Positions 1 to 11,648 of a DNA stretch of 64,000 nt are shown in pieces. The DNA is taken from contig NC_068985.1 in the NCBI RefSeq assembly GCF_001194135.2, positions 40,378,646 to 40,442,645 on the forward strand, written 5' to 3'. A program made the translations under genes and the position numbers. The first letter of the stretch is position 1. Each line of letters opens with the position of its first letter. Under the pieces are notes generated by a model, which worked only from the letters and a program-made list of their open reading frames with translations, was not told where the DNA came from and made no database searches. This DNA comes from Octopus bimaculoides (lineage: Eukaryota).

Positions 1-580
1 GCTATTATGAGACCCTCTGTTTCCGATTTAAGTCCAGATGCAGCCAACCATTGATAAGTCATATTTTTATCTACATCAGGATTCCTGGCCCTTGTAGAGT
101 ATTTGCCAAGCAATGCTTTCCTTTTTCATGTATTTTGCAACACTGAAATTCCATTTTATTTCACTTTTGTGGTTTTATCTGTTTTACTATTACAGTGGGT
201 TCATCTGTTTCATCTAGTTGTGCATCAGTCTCATTCATTTTTAATTCCTCTACATACTTCTTTGTGTCAAACATTGAGTATATCATTTTTGGAACTTTCA
301 TATTTACCAACAAGTTTAACCATCTAGTCATTGATGTTCTTTAGATAGTCATCTACCCCCACAGTTGCTATCTTTGAAGATAGTTGCAGCTGCATCAGTC
401 CACATCCTTCATCCTTTCGTGAGATATATAGTCAATTTACATCTACTTTAGGGTATGCATATGATGCAGTGTGAAGTGCTTGTGTATTTTTGTATCATTT
501 TACTGATCTTTGTTGAACCATTTTATGATGTTAAAGCTGTAGTCACAACAGGTATAGCTAAGTTATAGGTTGCATCAATC
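1..580 (-). mobile_element. Degenerate R4/Dong-like (RLE-type) non-LTR retrotransposon, post-RT region, running off the window edge
   Basis: Minus-strand translation across stops/frameshifts gives LAIPVVT..., HPKVDVN*LYISRKDEGCGLMQL...IATVGVDDYLKNIND*MVKLV and DVDKNMTYQWLAASGLKSETEGLIIA. These match the HPKADVDRLYxPRKEGGRGL and WLxxxxLKxETEGxIxAAQDQ motifs of this clade. Confidence 0.75.
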
Positions 581-3500
581 TTTTTTTTTTTTTTGCATTA
601 AATTTGCTTTTTAGGATAGCTCTAACTCTACAATAACATTATTATTATTTCATTTGCCACAGGGACCCTAAGTGAAGGGGACTTTACAAACACAGGTTAC
701 ACAAGGTGTGTGGGTTTACATAGAAATAATATGAGGTAAGGAAAAAAATCAAATGAGATTAGGAAAAAGTATACATAGAATACAAGGAGGAAAAGAAGCA
801 TGTAACTAATTAAAAACTTATATTTAGCATTCTAAAGTAGTAGTAGTAGCAGTAGTATATAGCTTTGAGAAAATAATTATAAAACTTTACTCCTACTCCC
901 TTTAGAATCTCATGAGGTTTACAGAGTAATACAACAGAAACTACTTAGGTGGGTGAATTGAGTACTTGTCCATAAACATACTCTTGAAAACAAAATAGTG
1001 AAAATAAACACTATGAATAACCCCAATGCTGACATACAAGCTTCAGCATCATTAACTAAGAAACAAGGGAGGTGGATGGTTGTAGTAAAAGAACTGAAAC
1101 TGGATCTCATGACTAGGGAACTCATTATCACAAAGGAAAGTGCTCCATCTGCTATTTATAAATATGAATTTAGTCAATAATAGACTAACAAAAAAGAAAA
1201 AAGTAGAAATGAATTATAAATTGCATCTAATGGTATTGGTATATAACATAAATAAAGTAAAAGAATCTAGTAGAAATGGCTTATAGCAAAAGAGAAAATG
1301 ATAATATATAAAGAAAAAAGAAGGTATACTATTTAGAAGTTGCAAGATTTTTTTCACTATTTTGCTTTTGTGTATCATGTCTTGAGTACATAGACAAAAC
1401 AAAAACCAGCACACAGGAGCATGTGCATATAGATGGGTACCCACATACACACATATATAGTTTAAAAAAAACATGTGCATATCTTATTTGAATTTATTTC
1501 TCACATATATTCACAAATTTATGCATGTACATGCAGCAACAGTTCTTTGATACAGTAATGTAGAGATAAAATGATTTCCAAATTAGGTACAACCCTGAGG
1601 AAGGGATGTAGTTGGCTGATTAAATCAACTTCACTGGTAATTACTTCATTGCCCTAAGAATGATGAAAGACAAAGTTGACTTTGGTAGAATTTGAACTCA
1701 CAACATAATGATGTGCATTTAAAAACTGCCAAGTGTTTTGTTTGGTGCTTTATTAATTCAGCCAATTCACCAAATATTAAGAATGAAAAGACATCCCACT
1801 TTAAAATACTGAGATGCCTTTTATATTCCTAACTACAATGTGATATGACATAAGACAAAAGGCACAGATATAATGACAACCATGGTGATGAATTTTTTTT
1901 TTTTAAGGATCAAGATAAATTTTAAGGAAAAGCTACTATACAGGTCCTTTGTATGATAAGGTCATCATCATTACCATCATCATTTTATGACCACTTTTTT
2001 ATGCTGGAAAGAGTTGGATAGATTGTCAAAGACCAAGTAGTTCTTATTCAAAGTTACTCTCTTCTTAGATGGATCAGAGACTACATCTGACTTATACATT
2101 ACCCCATATAAGTGTGCTAAACAAAGTCATCTGTTTGAACTTTTGTGATTACTAGCGATTATAGGTGTTATTCTGAGACTATATATCAGGCCTAAGTGCT
2201 TGCAACAAAACATATTGTACTAAAGACAACAATTGGTTAGATGGTAATGGTTAACTGGTCAACAGATTTCTTCAGAAAACAAGTCTGTGTTTGTACATGG
2301 TCATAATACCTAAATAAAAATAAGTCATTTACAATAAGAGACCAAGTTGTATAACTGCTGTCTGTAAATAACAGAAAATATAATTACCTGAGTTCAGTAA
2401 ATTTTTCTCAAATGTAGCATCCTCTTCAGTTTCTAGACATCATTATGTAATAGACCTAGCTGGTACTCCTAAATTTTTATAGTACAATTCAAAATTCCCT
2501 TCCTTTGTAAATCTTCCTGCTCTGGCTTTGCTGTAGTAAAAAAAAAAAAATTAAAAAATTTTATTATCCATGTTAAACTATAAAAACAATATATTTTCAT
2601 ATCGCATTGGAGAATCAATTGGTAATATAATTGAAAAGAAAAATATTAACAAGCTAGTAGAAATTCAAGTCAGATTTCTCAATGTTCTGAGTTCAAATGT
2701 GGCTTGGAATGGCAGTTCTTCCCCTTAATTATCAATATATAATATAATACACTACATGTCTTTCTATATATACTTTTTTGATTTGAGTAACATTTTAGCA
2801 TTTGAAGCCGTTGAATTTATTCCACTTTATGACATTTACTTTCTAAATCATTCAACATGAGCTGGAGTCATCCTGTTTATTTTTTGTATTTGTCTCATAA
2901 TGCTTAATGAAATAGTTTGAGGTTTTCTAAATTAACCAACAGTGTTTCTACCTTCTTACTGCAACAGCATCTCTATTTAGTTGTTCTGCTTTGTATATGA
3001 AAGTTCATTCGTTCTGCTTTTTTAATGCTTAACTAATGACTTAATATTTATAAATTTTGATAATTTGACATATATTGCAACAACCAGAATGGTTCTTTTG
3101 AGATAAGTTGCTGTCATAGAACAATGACATCTAAGTTTGATTTGATCCCCCACCACCACCACCACTAAGACCAATAAAAATCGTTCTCTCTAAATTTTCA
3201 AACGTCTCTACTTAATTACTGGAGTAGTTCTGTCTATTTTTTTTATTCAGAAATTCATTCTGCTATCTTCATTGTGTCATAATGTTTTATGACACAGGCA
3301 TAGTGTTTCTTGGACTACATTTCCAACATATACTTTTTTTTAAGACAGAAGGATGCCATTTGAAAGAGATTTTGCTGTTATTTCTAGCAGGTTAAGAAAC
3401 CAGATAAAATCTTTCCTGATAGCTCTTCTGATCTTTCAAATAGATGATTATAAAGCACAGGAGAAAGCTAGATACAATGCCAAGGTTTGAGTCACTTAGC

Positions 3501-4415
3501 AACAATTTGATGAGATTCTTTCTCAGTGGAAATCATACCAGGTTAAACAATTATTAGTAAACAAGAATGATGAGATGTTTACAATATGAAGTTTTTTCTG
3601 CTAAATGTCTGACCTGGGATAAAGGTTAGATATTTGGCTCAGATAATATGAAGATCAGCTACTGATTATGACCACCAACGAGAATGGAGAGTCAGTAGAT
3701 AGTAGATTCTATTAGAATAGAGCTCATACTTTCAATTTACCAAGTGTCAGATTCTGGTGAAACAATTTAAAGGAAGGACAAAATAGAGCGATTTATCAAA
3801 CATTTCCCTTTACTTTCTGACTTTCATCCAACTTGAATTCAGTACAGAGAACATATTCTTGAAACTCTGCCAAATAGTATATTTTCTCAATAAATCTTTG
3901 ATTTCTCAAACATTTTCCGCATTAATAGAAAACTTAATGAATTAGCATTTAGAACTGAATACTATATTTAAAATTTTTCTCTCTTTACCTAATATTTCCT
4001 ATAATTTCTAACTTCAGTTTGTCTTCTCATGCTGTGATTAGCATCATTCTACATATATGGAATTATCAAATGTAAGATACTTTGACTCAGAAAGTTTCAC
4101 TGTGAGACCATTTAGACTAATTAAATACACACACTTGCATACACATGTGCACCTCATTACATTTGGCTGCCTGGAATTAATTAAGGTGTGGTTGAAGTGC
4201 CATAAAAATGATGACTTACTCCTTAAAAACTTGTGCTTTATGAGGAAATACCTACCACAAGGCTTTGAGACATTACAAATTTAAAATTACAAAGAATTTG
4301 CAAAATAACAAGTTGTGAAAAATAAAATATATTTTTTATAAAAATCTGGTCTATTAAATAGTGTTATGAAGAATATTTGGTTGTAGCCTCAAACAAATTA
4401 AGCAATCCTAGCCTA

Positions 4416-4574
4416 GCTGTGTGGTAAGAAGCTTGCTTCCCAACCATATAGTTCTGGGTTCAGTACCACTGCATGGCATCATGGGCAAGTATCTTCTACT
4501 ATAGCCTCAGGCCAACCAAAGCCTTGTGAATGGATTTGGTAGACGGAAACTGAAAGAAGCCCATCGTATGTGTA

Positions 4575-4635
<61 letters not shown>

Positions 4636-4823
4636 TTATGTCTTTTTGTCTGTGTTTGTCCCTCCCTACCTCACCATCACTTGATATCCAATGCTGGTGT
4701 GTTTACGTCCCGATAACTTAGCAATTTGGCAAAAGATACCACTTGAATAAGTACTAGGTTTACAAAGAATAAGTCCTGGAGTCGATTTCTTTGACTAAAA
4801 AACCCTTTAAGGCACTGCTCCAG
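4416..4823 (+). mobile_element. tRNA-derived SINE, family A
   Basis: A-box-like gctgtgtggtaag, B-box ggttcagtacc, conserved body (gccttgtgaatggatttggtagacggaaactgaaagaagc), internal (TG)n(TA)n, and the same 3' module as the copies at 6185 and 30744. Confidence 0.9.
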
Positions 4824-5936
4824 CACTAAATTTAATTCTTTAACTGCAAAATTAAATTTCATGGTTATTCCAGTAAGGATGTTTATCTACCAAAAGAATA
4901 CTATTGGACTTTTCTGCTGGTTACATTCCCTCATTAAACTTGATAATCTCAACAAAAAAATAGTTTCAAACATGACATTCCTCAACAAAAGATAGGTTTC
5001 AGTTAAGAATAATGAAATTTTGAGTAGATATATCTGATTTCTACAATAAAAAGGTTAAAACCATAGAGATGTTAGTAAATTTTACCATTTAAATATACTT
5101 AATACAAGCACATTTTGTTATATGTAATATAACTTGAGTCATGACTGTATTAGAAGGGTTTCTTTTTTATATCTGTAATTAAATCGTCTTGGGTCTGGTC
5201 CCATTGTGTGACACTTTGGGCTAGTGTCTTTTACTATAACCTTGCGAGTTAAAGTTGATAGAAACTGTGAATATTCTTAGCAAGCACATTCCTACATTAG
5301 GATAGTAGGGTTAAATCCACCTCTCAGTTTAATACCAAAACCTGTTCTTAGATTTCTTTAGTGGAAGCCACTCTATTATAGGCTTTCAGGCTATTTCTCC
5401 ACTCTGTGGATAAATTTGTTTTCCTTCCTTCCACTAATTTCAGAAGCCTTGGAAAGAGTTATAGGTTCTGCTTCTCCTTTTAATAGCTATAAAAAATATA
5501 TATAAATATATAAATGTATATAAAAATATATCTAATTTACTGGGAGAGAGATGTAGTTGATTAAATGGCCAGGTAGTGGGTGGAAGGTGAGAGAGAGAAG
5601 GAAACTGACTGCTTAGTCATGTGGCAGGAGTGCAGCGTCCACATAGATAACAAGTTAGGGACAACGTTGTAAGAAAGAAAAGTGGTACATTTCTTCTGAC
5701 CCATTATTAATGTCAGGGCCTCAACTGCAGGGGAAATAGAGGAGGATGAATGGCCTTGAATTGAGAAGCTATGGAGCTGGCTTGTCCAGAAAGCAAGGAC
5801 ATTGTAGTAATGGTACAAGTCAGAGAAAACAAATTGCAAATCTGTGAACTAGTAGTTGAAGAATGTTGTGAGTATAGTTTTGCTCATAAGTTGGATGGTC
5901 TTCTTTTAAATGTGGTCCAAGATGGAGCGGGGGGGA

Positions 5937-6054
5937 TGCACATAACCTAATGGTTAGGGTGTTGTACCCACGGTGTGATATTCCTGAACCAGAAAGTTCT
6001 TTGTGTTCCTGAGCAAAACACTTCATCTCATATTGCTCTGTGATTACTTCAACA
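5937..6054 (+). mobile_element. 5' half of an older tRNA-headed SINE, interrupted by the 5S+SINE insertion; probable continuation at about 6599-6730
   Basis: Head taatggttagggtgttg...gtgttcctgagcaaaacacttcat resembles the head at about 44735-44840 (tagtggttagggtgttgg...tgttcttgagcaaaacacttcat). The continuation after 6598 is from recalled family consensus, not verified. Confidence 0.55.
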
Positions 6055-6174
6055 GCTTACGGCCATATCATGTTGAAAGCACCGGTTCTCGTCCGATCAC
6101 CGTAGTTAAGCAACGTTGAGCCTAGTTAGTACTTAGATGGGTGACCACTTGGGAAACCTAGGTGCTGTAAGCAT
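6055..6174 (+). rRNA. 5S: 5S rRNA gene copy, full length and dispersed; probably a retroposed pseudogene
   Basis: About 120 nt, GCTTACGGCCATATC...GGTGCTGTAAGCAT. Helix I GCTTACGGC/GCTGTAAGC; box A AGTTAAGC at +50; loop E TTAGTA; helix V CCTAG/CTAGG; helix IV TGG-GTGA-CCA with a GNRA loop. No oligo(T) terminator follows and there is no tandem array. Confidence 0.93.
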
Positions 6175-6184
6175 CACACACTTA

Positions 6185-6349
6185 GGCGTAGGAGTGGCTG
6201 TTTGGTAAGTAGCTTGCTTATGAACCACATGGTTCCAGGTTCAGTCCCACTGCGTGGCACCTTGGACAAGTGTCTTCTACTATAGCCTCGGGCTAACCAA
6301 AGCCTTGTGAGTGGATTTGGTAGACGGAAACTGAAAGAAGCATGTCGTA

Positions 6350-6390
<41 letters not shown>

Positions 6391-6598
6391 ATATGTTTGT
6401 GTCTGTGTCCCCCAACATCGCTTGACAACTGATGCTGGTGTGTTTACACCCCCATAACTTAGCAGTTCGGCAAAAGAGACCAACAAAATAAGTACTAGGC
6501 TTACAAAGAATAAGTCCTGGGGTCGATTTGCTCGACTAAAGGCAGTGCTCCAGCATGGCCACAGTCAAATGACTGAAACAAGTAAAAGAGTAAAAGAG
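6185..6598 (+). mobile_element. tRNA-derived SINE, family A, full length, 10 nt downstream of the 5S copy
   Basis: Starts ggcgtaggagtggctgtttggtaag, B box ggttcagtccc, internal (TA)n, ends gactgaaacaagtaaaagagtaaaagag; colinear with 30744-31165. Confidence 0.92.
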
Positions 6599-6766
6599 CT
6601 GACATGTGACACACTGTGCACCTGTTCAGGGAACATTTATTTGATAGAATGAGTGAGCTAATGTACAGTACATACATTTGGTCACTATAAACAAATCACT
6701 TCTGCAGGATGTTCAGCAAGAAGTTACAGAATAATTTTTCATGGACTATGAGAGACTATCATTATA

Positions 6767-7572
6767 TGAGATACATTCATTCCTGAAGTTCTGAGGCTTT
6801 TTTTTAGGAGAGGCAGTTATAACTGTCCTAGATTACTGTAATTTTAGTATATATCATTGCTATACTAAGCTGACTTATCAACTTATCTTATTCCAGATTG
6901 AAGGAGACAGCTGTAACAGATGACTAGTTTGCAGAATGCAATCATAGCATGAAGACAATTTGGAAGCTTACTGTGCAATAAAGTTTAGTGCTAAACTGGG
7001 CAAAAATGTTACAGAAACTTATGAAATTCTCCAGCCTGCTTATGGATTAATCTGCAAATGCAGTGCATCTGCTTTTAGCTGGTACAGGAAGCCAGGCAAA
7101 ACAAAGTCTCATGATAATTCCCTTTTTTGACAAGGGCATCATCTACATCCATCGTATTCCTTCTGGCCAGATGGTCAACAAAGAGTACTTTGCAGAGGTT
7201 TTGAGGGAGTTCAGGAAGAGATTTCTTTGCAAAAGCCAGAGTACCAGCACTAGGGCAATACCATCCTGGTCCACAATTCCATCCTGGTAACCAACTACTT
7301 GACAGAGGTAGATATCAAAACTGTCCTTCAGTCCAGACTTTGCCCCCTGGTTGATCAGCAAGTTATAGGAGAAGATGAATAAGGCTGTGACAAGAGTCCT
7401 GGACATCTTCACTTTGGAGGACTTCCATGGGTGCCTTCACAGAGTGGTTGGAGCACTATAGCAAGTGTATTGATGTAAAAGGAACCTCCTTTGAAGGAGA
7501 TTAAAGTTTTGTACTTCTTTGAAATTAATAAATGTCTCTCCTGAAAATGTCTCAAAACTTCTGGAATGGACC

Positions 7573-7574
<2 letters not shown>
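6767..7574 (+). mobile_element. Internally deleted mariner DNA transposon
   Basis: Imperfect TIRs (tgagatacattcattcctgaagttctgagg / tctcaaaacttctggaatggacct) flanked by TA. Remnants: AIKFSAKLGKNVTETYEIL, MIIPFFD-KGIIYIHRIPSGQMVNKEYFAEVLREFRKRF, HNSILVTNYLTEVDIKTV..SPDFAP, and C-terminal ...SFEGD*. Confidence 0.85.

Positions 7575-7576
<2 letters not shown>

Positions 7577-7610
<34 letters not shown>
7577..7610 (+). repeat. (CA)n microsatellite
   Basis: Perfect CA run directly after the right-hand TA of the mariner. Confidence 0.95.
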
Positions 7611-7614
<4 letters not shown>

Positions 7615-8280
7615 CCCATATACCTAAACAATATTCTGATGTCAGTGTTACATGAGCACTGTAGTAGAAGCAGTACACCAATGCTGATCTTATTTGTTGA
7701 ACTTTGTAGGCTAAAATTAGACTAAGGTTTATTGGGAGTAAAGATATGCTATACGCTAAATATGATTTAGTACTCAAGTACTTTATGGTCAGAGTTCAAT
7801 ATACAGTGATGTAAACATTTTCCAAACCCAAGTAGCAGTTTCCTTAAGCACAATTATTTATAGAATATGTAAGGACTATATATATTTGACTTCTCTCTCT
7901 CTCTCAATGAAAAGAAAATGAGTAAAGTGAAAGCATATGCACAAGTCTACTACTTAACTTCTAACAGAATTGAGGAAAGGGTTATAGTTGTTTAAATCAA
8001 CCCTCAATAAAGAGTTGTAACTGAATCCCAGAAAGTATTTTGTCAGTGCTTACCAATATGTTATTTACCACTTTCCTACAGCTTAACACGGTTAATTTGT
8101 GTGATTTGTCATATCATCATTATTCTAAACTAGTTTAATATTTCATTATTAAACTGTAGCTAACAATTTAATCTCCATTTAGTTCCTAGTATTAATGTAC
8201 ACTAAATTAGTAGTATGTAGGAGTGTGGTTATACTGGAGTCGTATTTCTTTCGTTCTTAAATTCAGCATACGGTTCATTC

Positions 8281-8677
8281 TTTTACTCTTCTACTTGTTT
8301 CAGTCATTTGATTGCGACCATGCTGGAGCACCACCTTTAATCGAGCAAATCAACCCCAGGACTTATTATTTGTAAGCCTAGTACTTATTCTATCGGTCTC
8401 TTTTGCTGAACCGCTAGGTTACGGGGGACGTAAACACACCACCATCAGTAGTCAAGCAATGGTGGGGGGGACAAACACAGACACACAAACATATACACAC
8501 ATACATATATACGACAGGCTTCTTTCAGTTTCCATCTTTCAAATCCACTCACAAGGCTTTGGTCGGTCCGAGGTTATGGTAGAAGACACTTGCCCAAGTT
8601 GCCATGCAGTGGGAATGAACCCAGAACCGTATGGTTGATAAGCAAGCTACTTACCACACAGCCACTCCTGTGCCTAT
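8281..8677 (-). mobile_element. tRNA-derived SINE, family A, full length, reverse strand
   Basis: Reverse complement matches 6185-6598 from head (ataggcacaggagtggctgtgtggtaag) to tail. Confidence 0.9.
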
Positions 8678-8787
8678 AACAATTTATTTTTTTGTAAATT
8701 AAAATTAAACTTTTTGACAGAANNNNNNNNNNNNNNNNNNNNNNNNNNNNNNNNNNNNNNNNNNNNNNNNNNNNNNNNNNNNNNNNN

Positions 8788-8828
<41 letters not shown>

Positions 8829-8917
8829 AGGTATATATTATATATACACAGCAAAAGTAATGCCCTTTTTTGATTTATTAACTTTTATTGAACAAACATA
8901 AATTACAGTATTCTTTC

Positions 8918-9118
8918 TTTTATTCTTTTACTTGTTTCAGTCATTTGACTGCACCTGTGCTGAAGCACCGCTTTGAAGGACCTTCTTTTTTTTAAAGCAT
9001 AGTACTTATTCTATCAGTCACTTTTGCCAAACCACTAAGTTATGGGGATATAAACACACCAACACCAGTTGTCAAGCAGTGATGGGGGGACAAACACAAA
9101 TACACACATACATATATA
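8918..9118 (-). mobile_element. 3' half of a family A SINE
   Basis: cttgtttcagtcatttgactgc...gataataaacacacc-type and ttgtcaagcagtgatgggggg sequence matches the 3' module; the head is missing. Confidence 0.8.
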
Positions 9119-9563
9119 TATCACACTTTCTGATCAAAATATAATCTTTGAGATGCCAGTCCTTAAATCTTGGGTGCATTCAGGTGGCTTTATATTTATT
9201 TTTCTGCTTAAACAGAATATTGGTAACAACCAGATTATTCTCAGTACAAAACATCTAAAAGAACTACTACATTTTTATTACATGGGGTTGAGAGGACTTC
9301 TTTGTTTTGATGAGGACATGGTAACTTCTCCAAAATATGTACTAAGACAGAATGTACCTAGTACACTCTGCAAAGTAGCCAACGTTATAAAGGGTCTAAA
9401 GCCATAGAAACCAAGCCCAAAATAAAATATATGAGCAAGATGAGAGTTTCTGATCCATGCAGTAGTGCAGTAACTTTGAGTAAGAACTGATTCTGACTGG
9501 TAAAACTTGCCCAACCCAGATTAGCATGACAGTAGATGTAAAATGATGATGATGATGATGATG

Positions 9564-9595
<32 letters not shown>

Positions 9596-11432
9596 ATCTT
9601 AATATTTGTCTATCTAAGTGTAAGTTAGCAAGAAATAGTAAGATCACTAGGCTGAATAACTTACAACAACTAACTCAGTACTAAACTACTTCAAGTTTAA
9701 ATATCTCTATTTGTCAATATTACATTTCATTGCCACCACCCCAGTAGTGCAAGTAGAATAATTATCACTAAGATCTATCAACTATATCCTCCTTCCTCGA
9801 AACAAAAAGGGTTTTATGCCTTTAAGCCAAGCCAAAACAAAAAAAAGAAACATTATTTGTCTGTTGTCTGCTGAATACAAAGGTGTAACAAGATTCAACT
9901 GAATTCCTAGACATGACTATATTTAGCAGCAATGCAGAACACCGATCCTACCCAGTTTGTTATTGATAAAATATAGTGGTTTAGGGGGAAAAAATGAATT
10001 AGCAATGAATATATTATATAAGAAGCAGCAGTGAACATGTAATGAGAGGAAGGTGTAGGGTAAAAATAGAGTTTATCTCCTTTCCCCATCACCTAACTAG
10101 AATATGAAAGAAATATTTATGAATGAAAAAGTCACAACCAGCTAATGTAATGTGTATAACAAGTAACTAATATTTTAATAAGTGATTTTAGTGTAGAATA
10201 TGTAGTGGTAGGCTGACAGAAACAGTAAAACCACCAAGACAGACAGCAAAGGAAAAAAAACTAGAGACCCATGAAAATAGTGATGGTCTACATTGGTTAA
10301 AATAAGATCCACTTATTAGCCATGACGGGAAAGCACATTATGCCATTTCAAATAGGGCCCTTCTCTGGAGAATAAATACCTCATAGTATAGGTTTCCCTC
10401 ACTTCAAATGCAGTCAAGGTTCACTGTCTTTTATCCTTCAAGGATCAGCAAATTAACTACTGGTGTCATATAAGTGACTGTACTGTCTTAAAAACATTGG
10501 CCTTCAACTTTGCTACATTTAGAGTATAGGGAGTTCCATTAACAAACTTCCATAGAGATGATACAATTAGATGTATGAATGCCTTACAGCTTAGATATTA
10601 TAACTGTGTACTGTGGTCGATTCAACCAACTAGTTTAATTTGAGTTAGTAAGAATTTTGGGAAAGTGATGAACATTACTCAGTTGTGTAACTGTGTAATT
10701 TGGTACCAAAGTAAGTAATTATTATAATAGGATAATTAACACCAAGGTGCAGCATTAAAAAATCATTGAATAAAATCCATAGGCAAGGGTTAATCTTAAC
10801 TGGTATGATTTGTATCTCTTCACTCCCTTGACAAAAAAAAAAGACATTGGTTATTGTAGTAAGAAACTCCTAAAAAGTTGGGATGATCATAGCTGAGATG
10901 CTTTTTTAACTTAGGTTTGCTTGATCAGAATTGACTTTGGGTTAAATAACAACAACATAAGATGTTATTATGTCTTTTTTACTTTCTATCATTCCTCCTC
11001 TCTCTCTCTCTTTCTTTTTTTTTTTTTAGTTTTCTCAACAACACATATTCCACATTAATAAATAAATAAATAAATAAATAATAATAATAAAGTAACAGAT
11101 ATTACAAATCCCATGATGAAATTTTCTGTTTTAGAGATACATGTAGACCATCCTCTAATTTAGTTATATTTCCAAGTATTGCAATGTTAAACAGGTGTTA
11201 CGTCAAGAAGTAGTGACTCATTATTTAGAACTAATCTGAGAGGAAACTAATGGAAAATTTTAAACATTTTTACACAAGAATACTAACAAGAAAAAAAGCT
11301 ACTGAAAAAGTTACTGAAACAAAGATAAACTAGAATATGTAACATATGCCATGGGTACTGCTGGAACAAGGTGAGGTGTTGAGCCATAAACTGATACCCA
11401 TTTAAAGTAAGTTAATATTAGAACATCCCAAA

Positions 11433-11648
11433 AGAGGCAAGCTGGCAGAATCATGAGCACACTGGGCAAAATACTTAATGGTATTTCATCCGTCTCAACA
11501 TTATGAGCTCAAATTCAGCCAAGGACAACTTTTCCTATCATCTTTTTAAGGTCGATAAAATAAATACCAGTTGAGCATTGCAGTCAATTAAATTGACTTA
11601 GCCCCTCCCCTGGAATTTGCTGGCCTTGTGCCAAAACTTGAAACCAAC
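11433..11648 (+). mobile_element. tRNA-derived SINE, family B, with target-site duplication
   Basis: Head gaggcaagctggcagaatc, B-box-like gagctcaaattc, tail gtgccaaaacttgaaacc; flanking direct repeat attagaacatc at 11417-11427 and 11649-11659. Confidence 0.85.

Noticed and set aside
6055-6174. Functional 5S rDNA repeat unit
   Set aside because: Single copy with no tandem spacer, no oligo(T) terminator, embedded among SINEs; reported as a dispersed copy instead.
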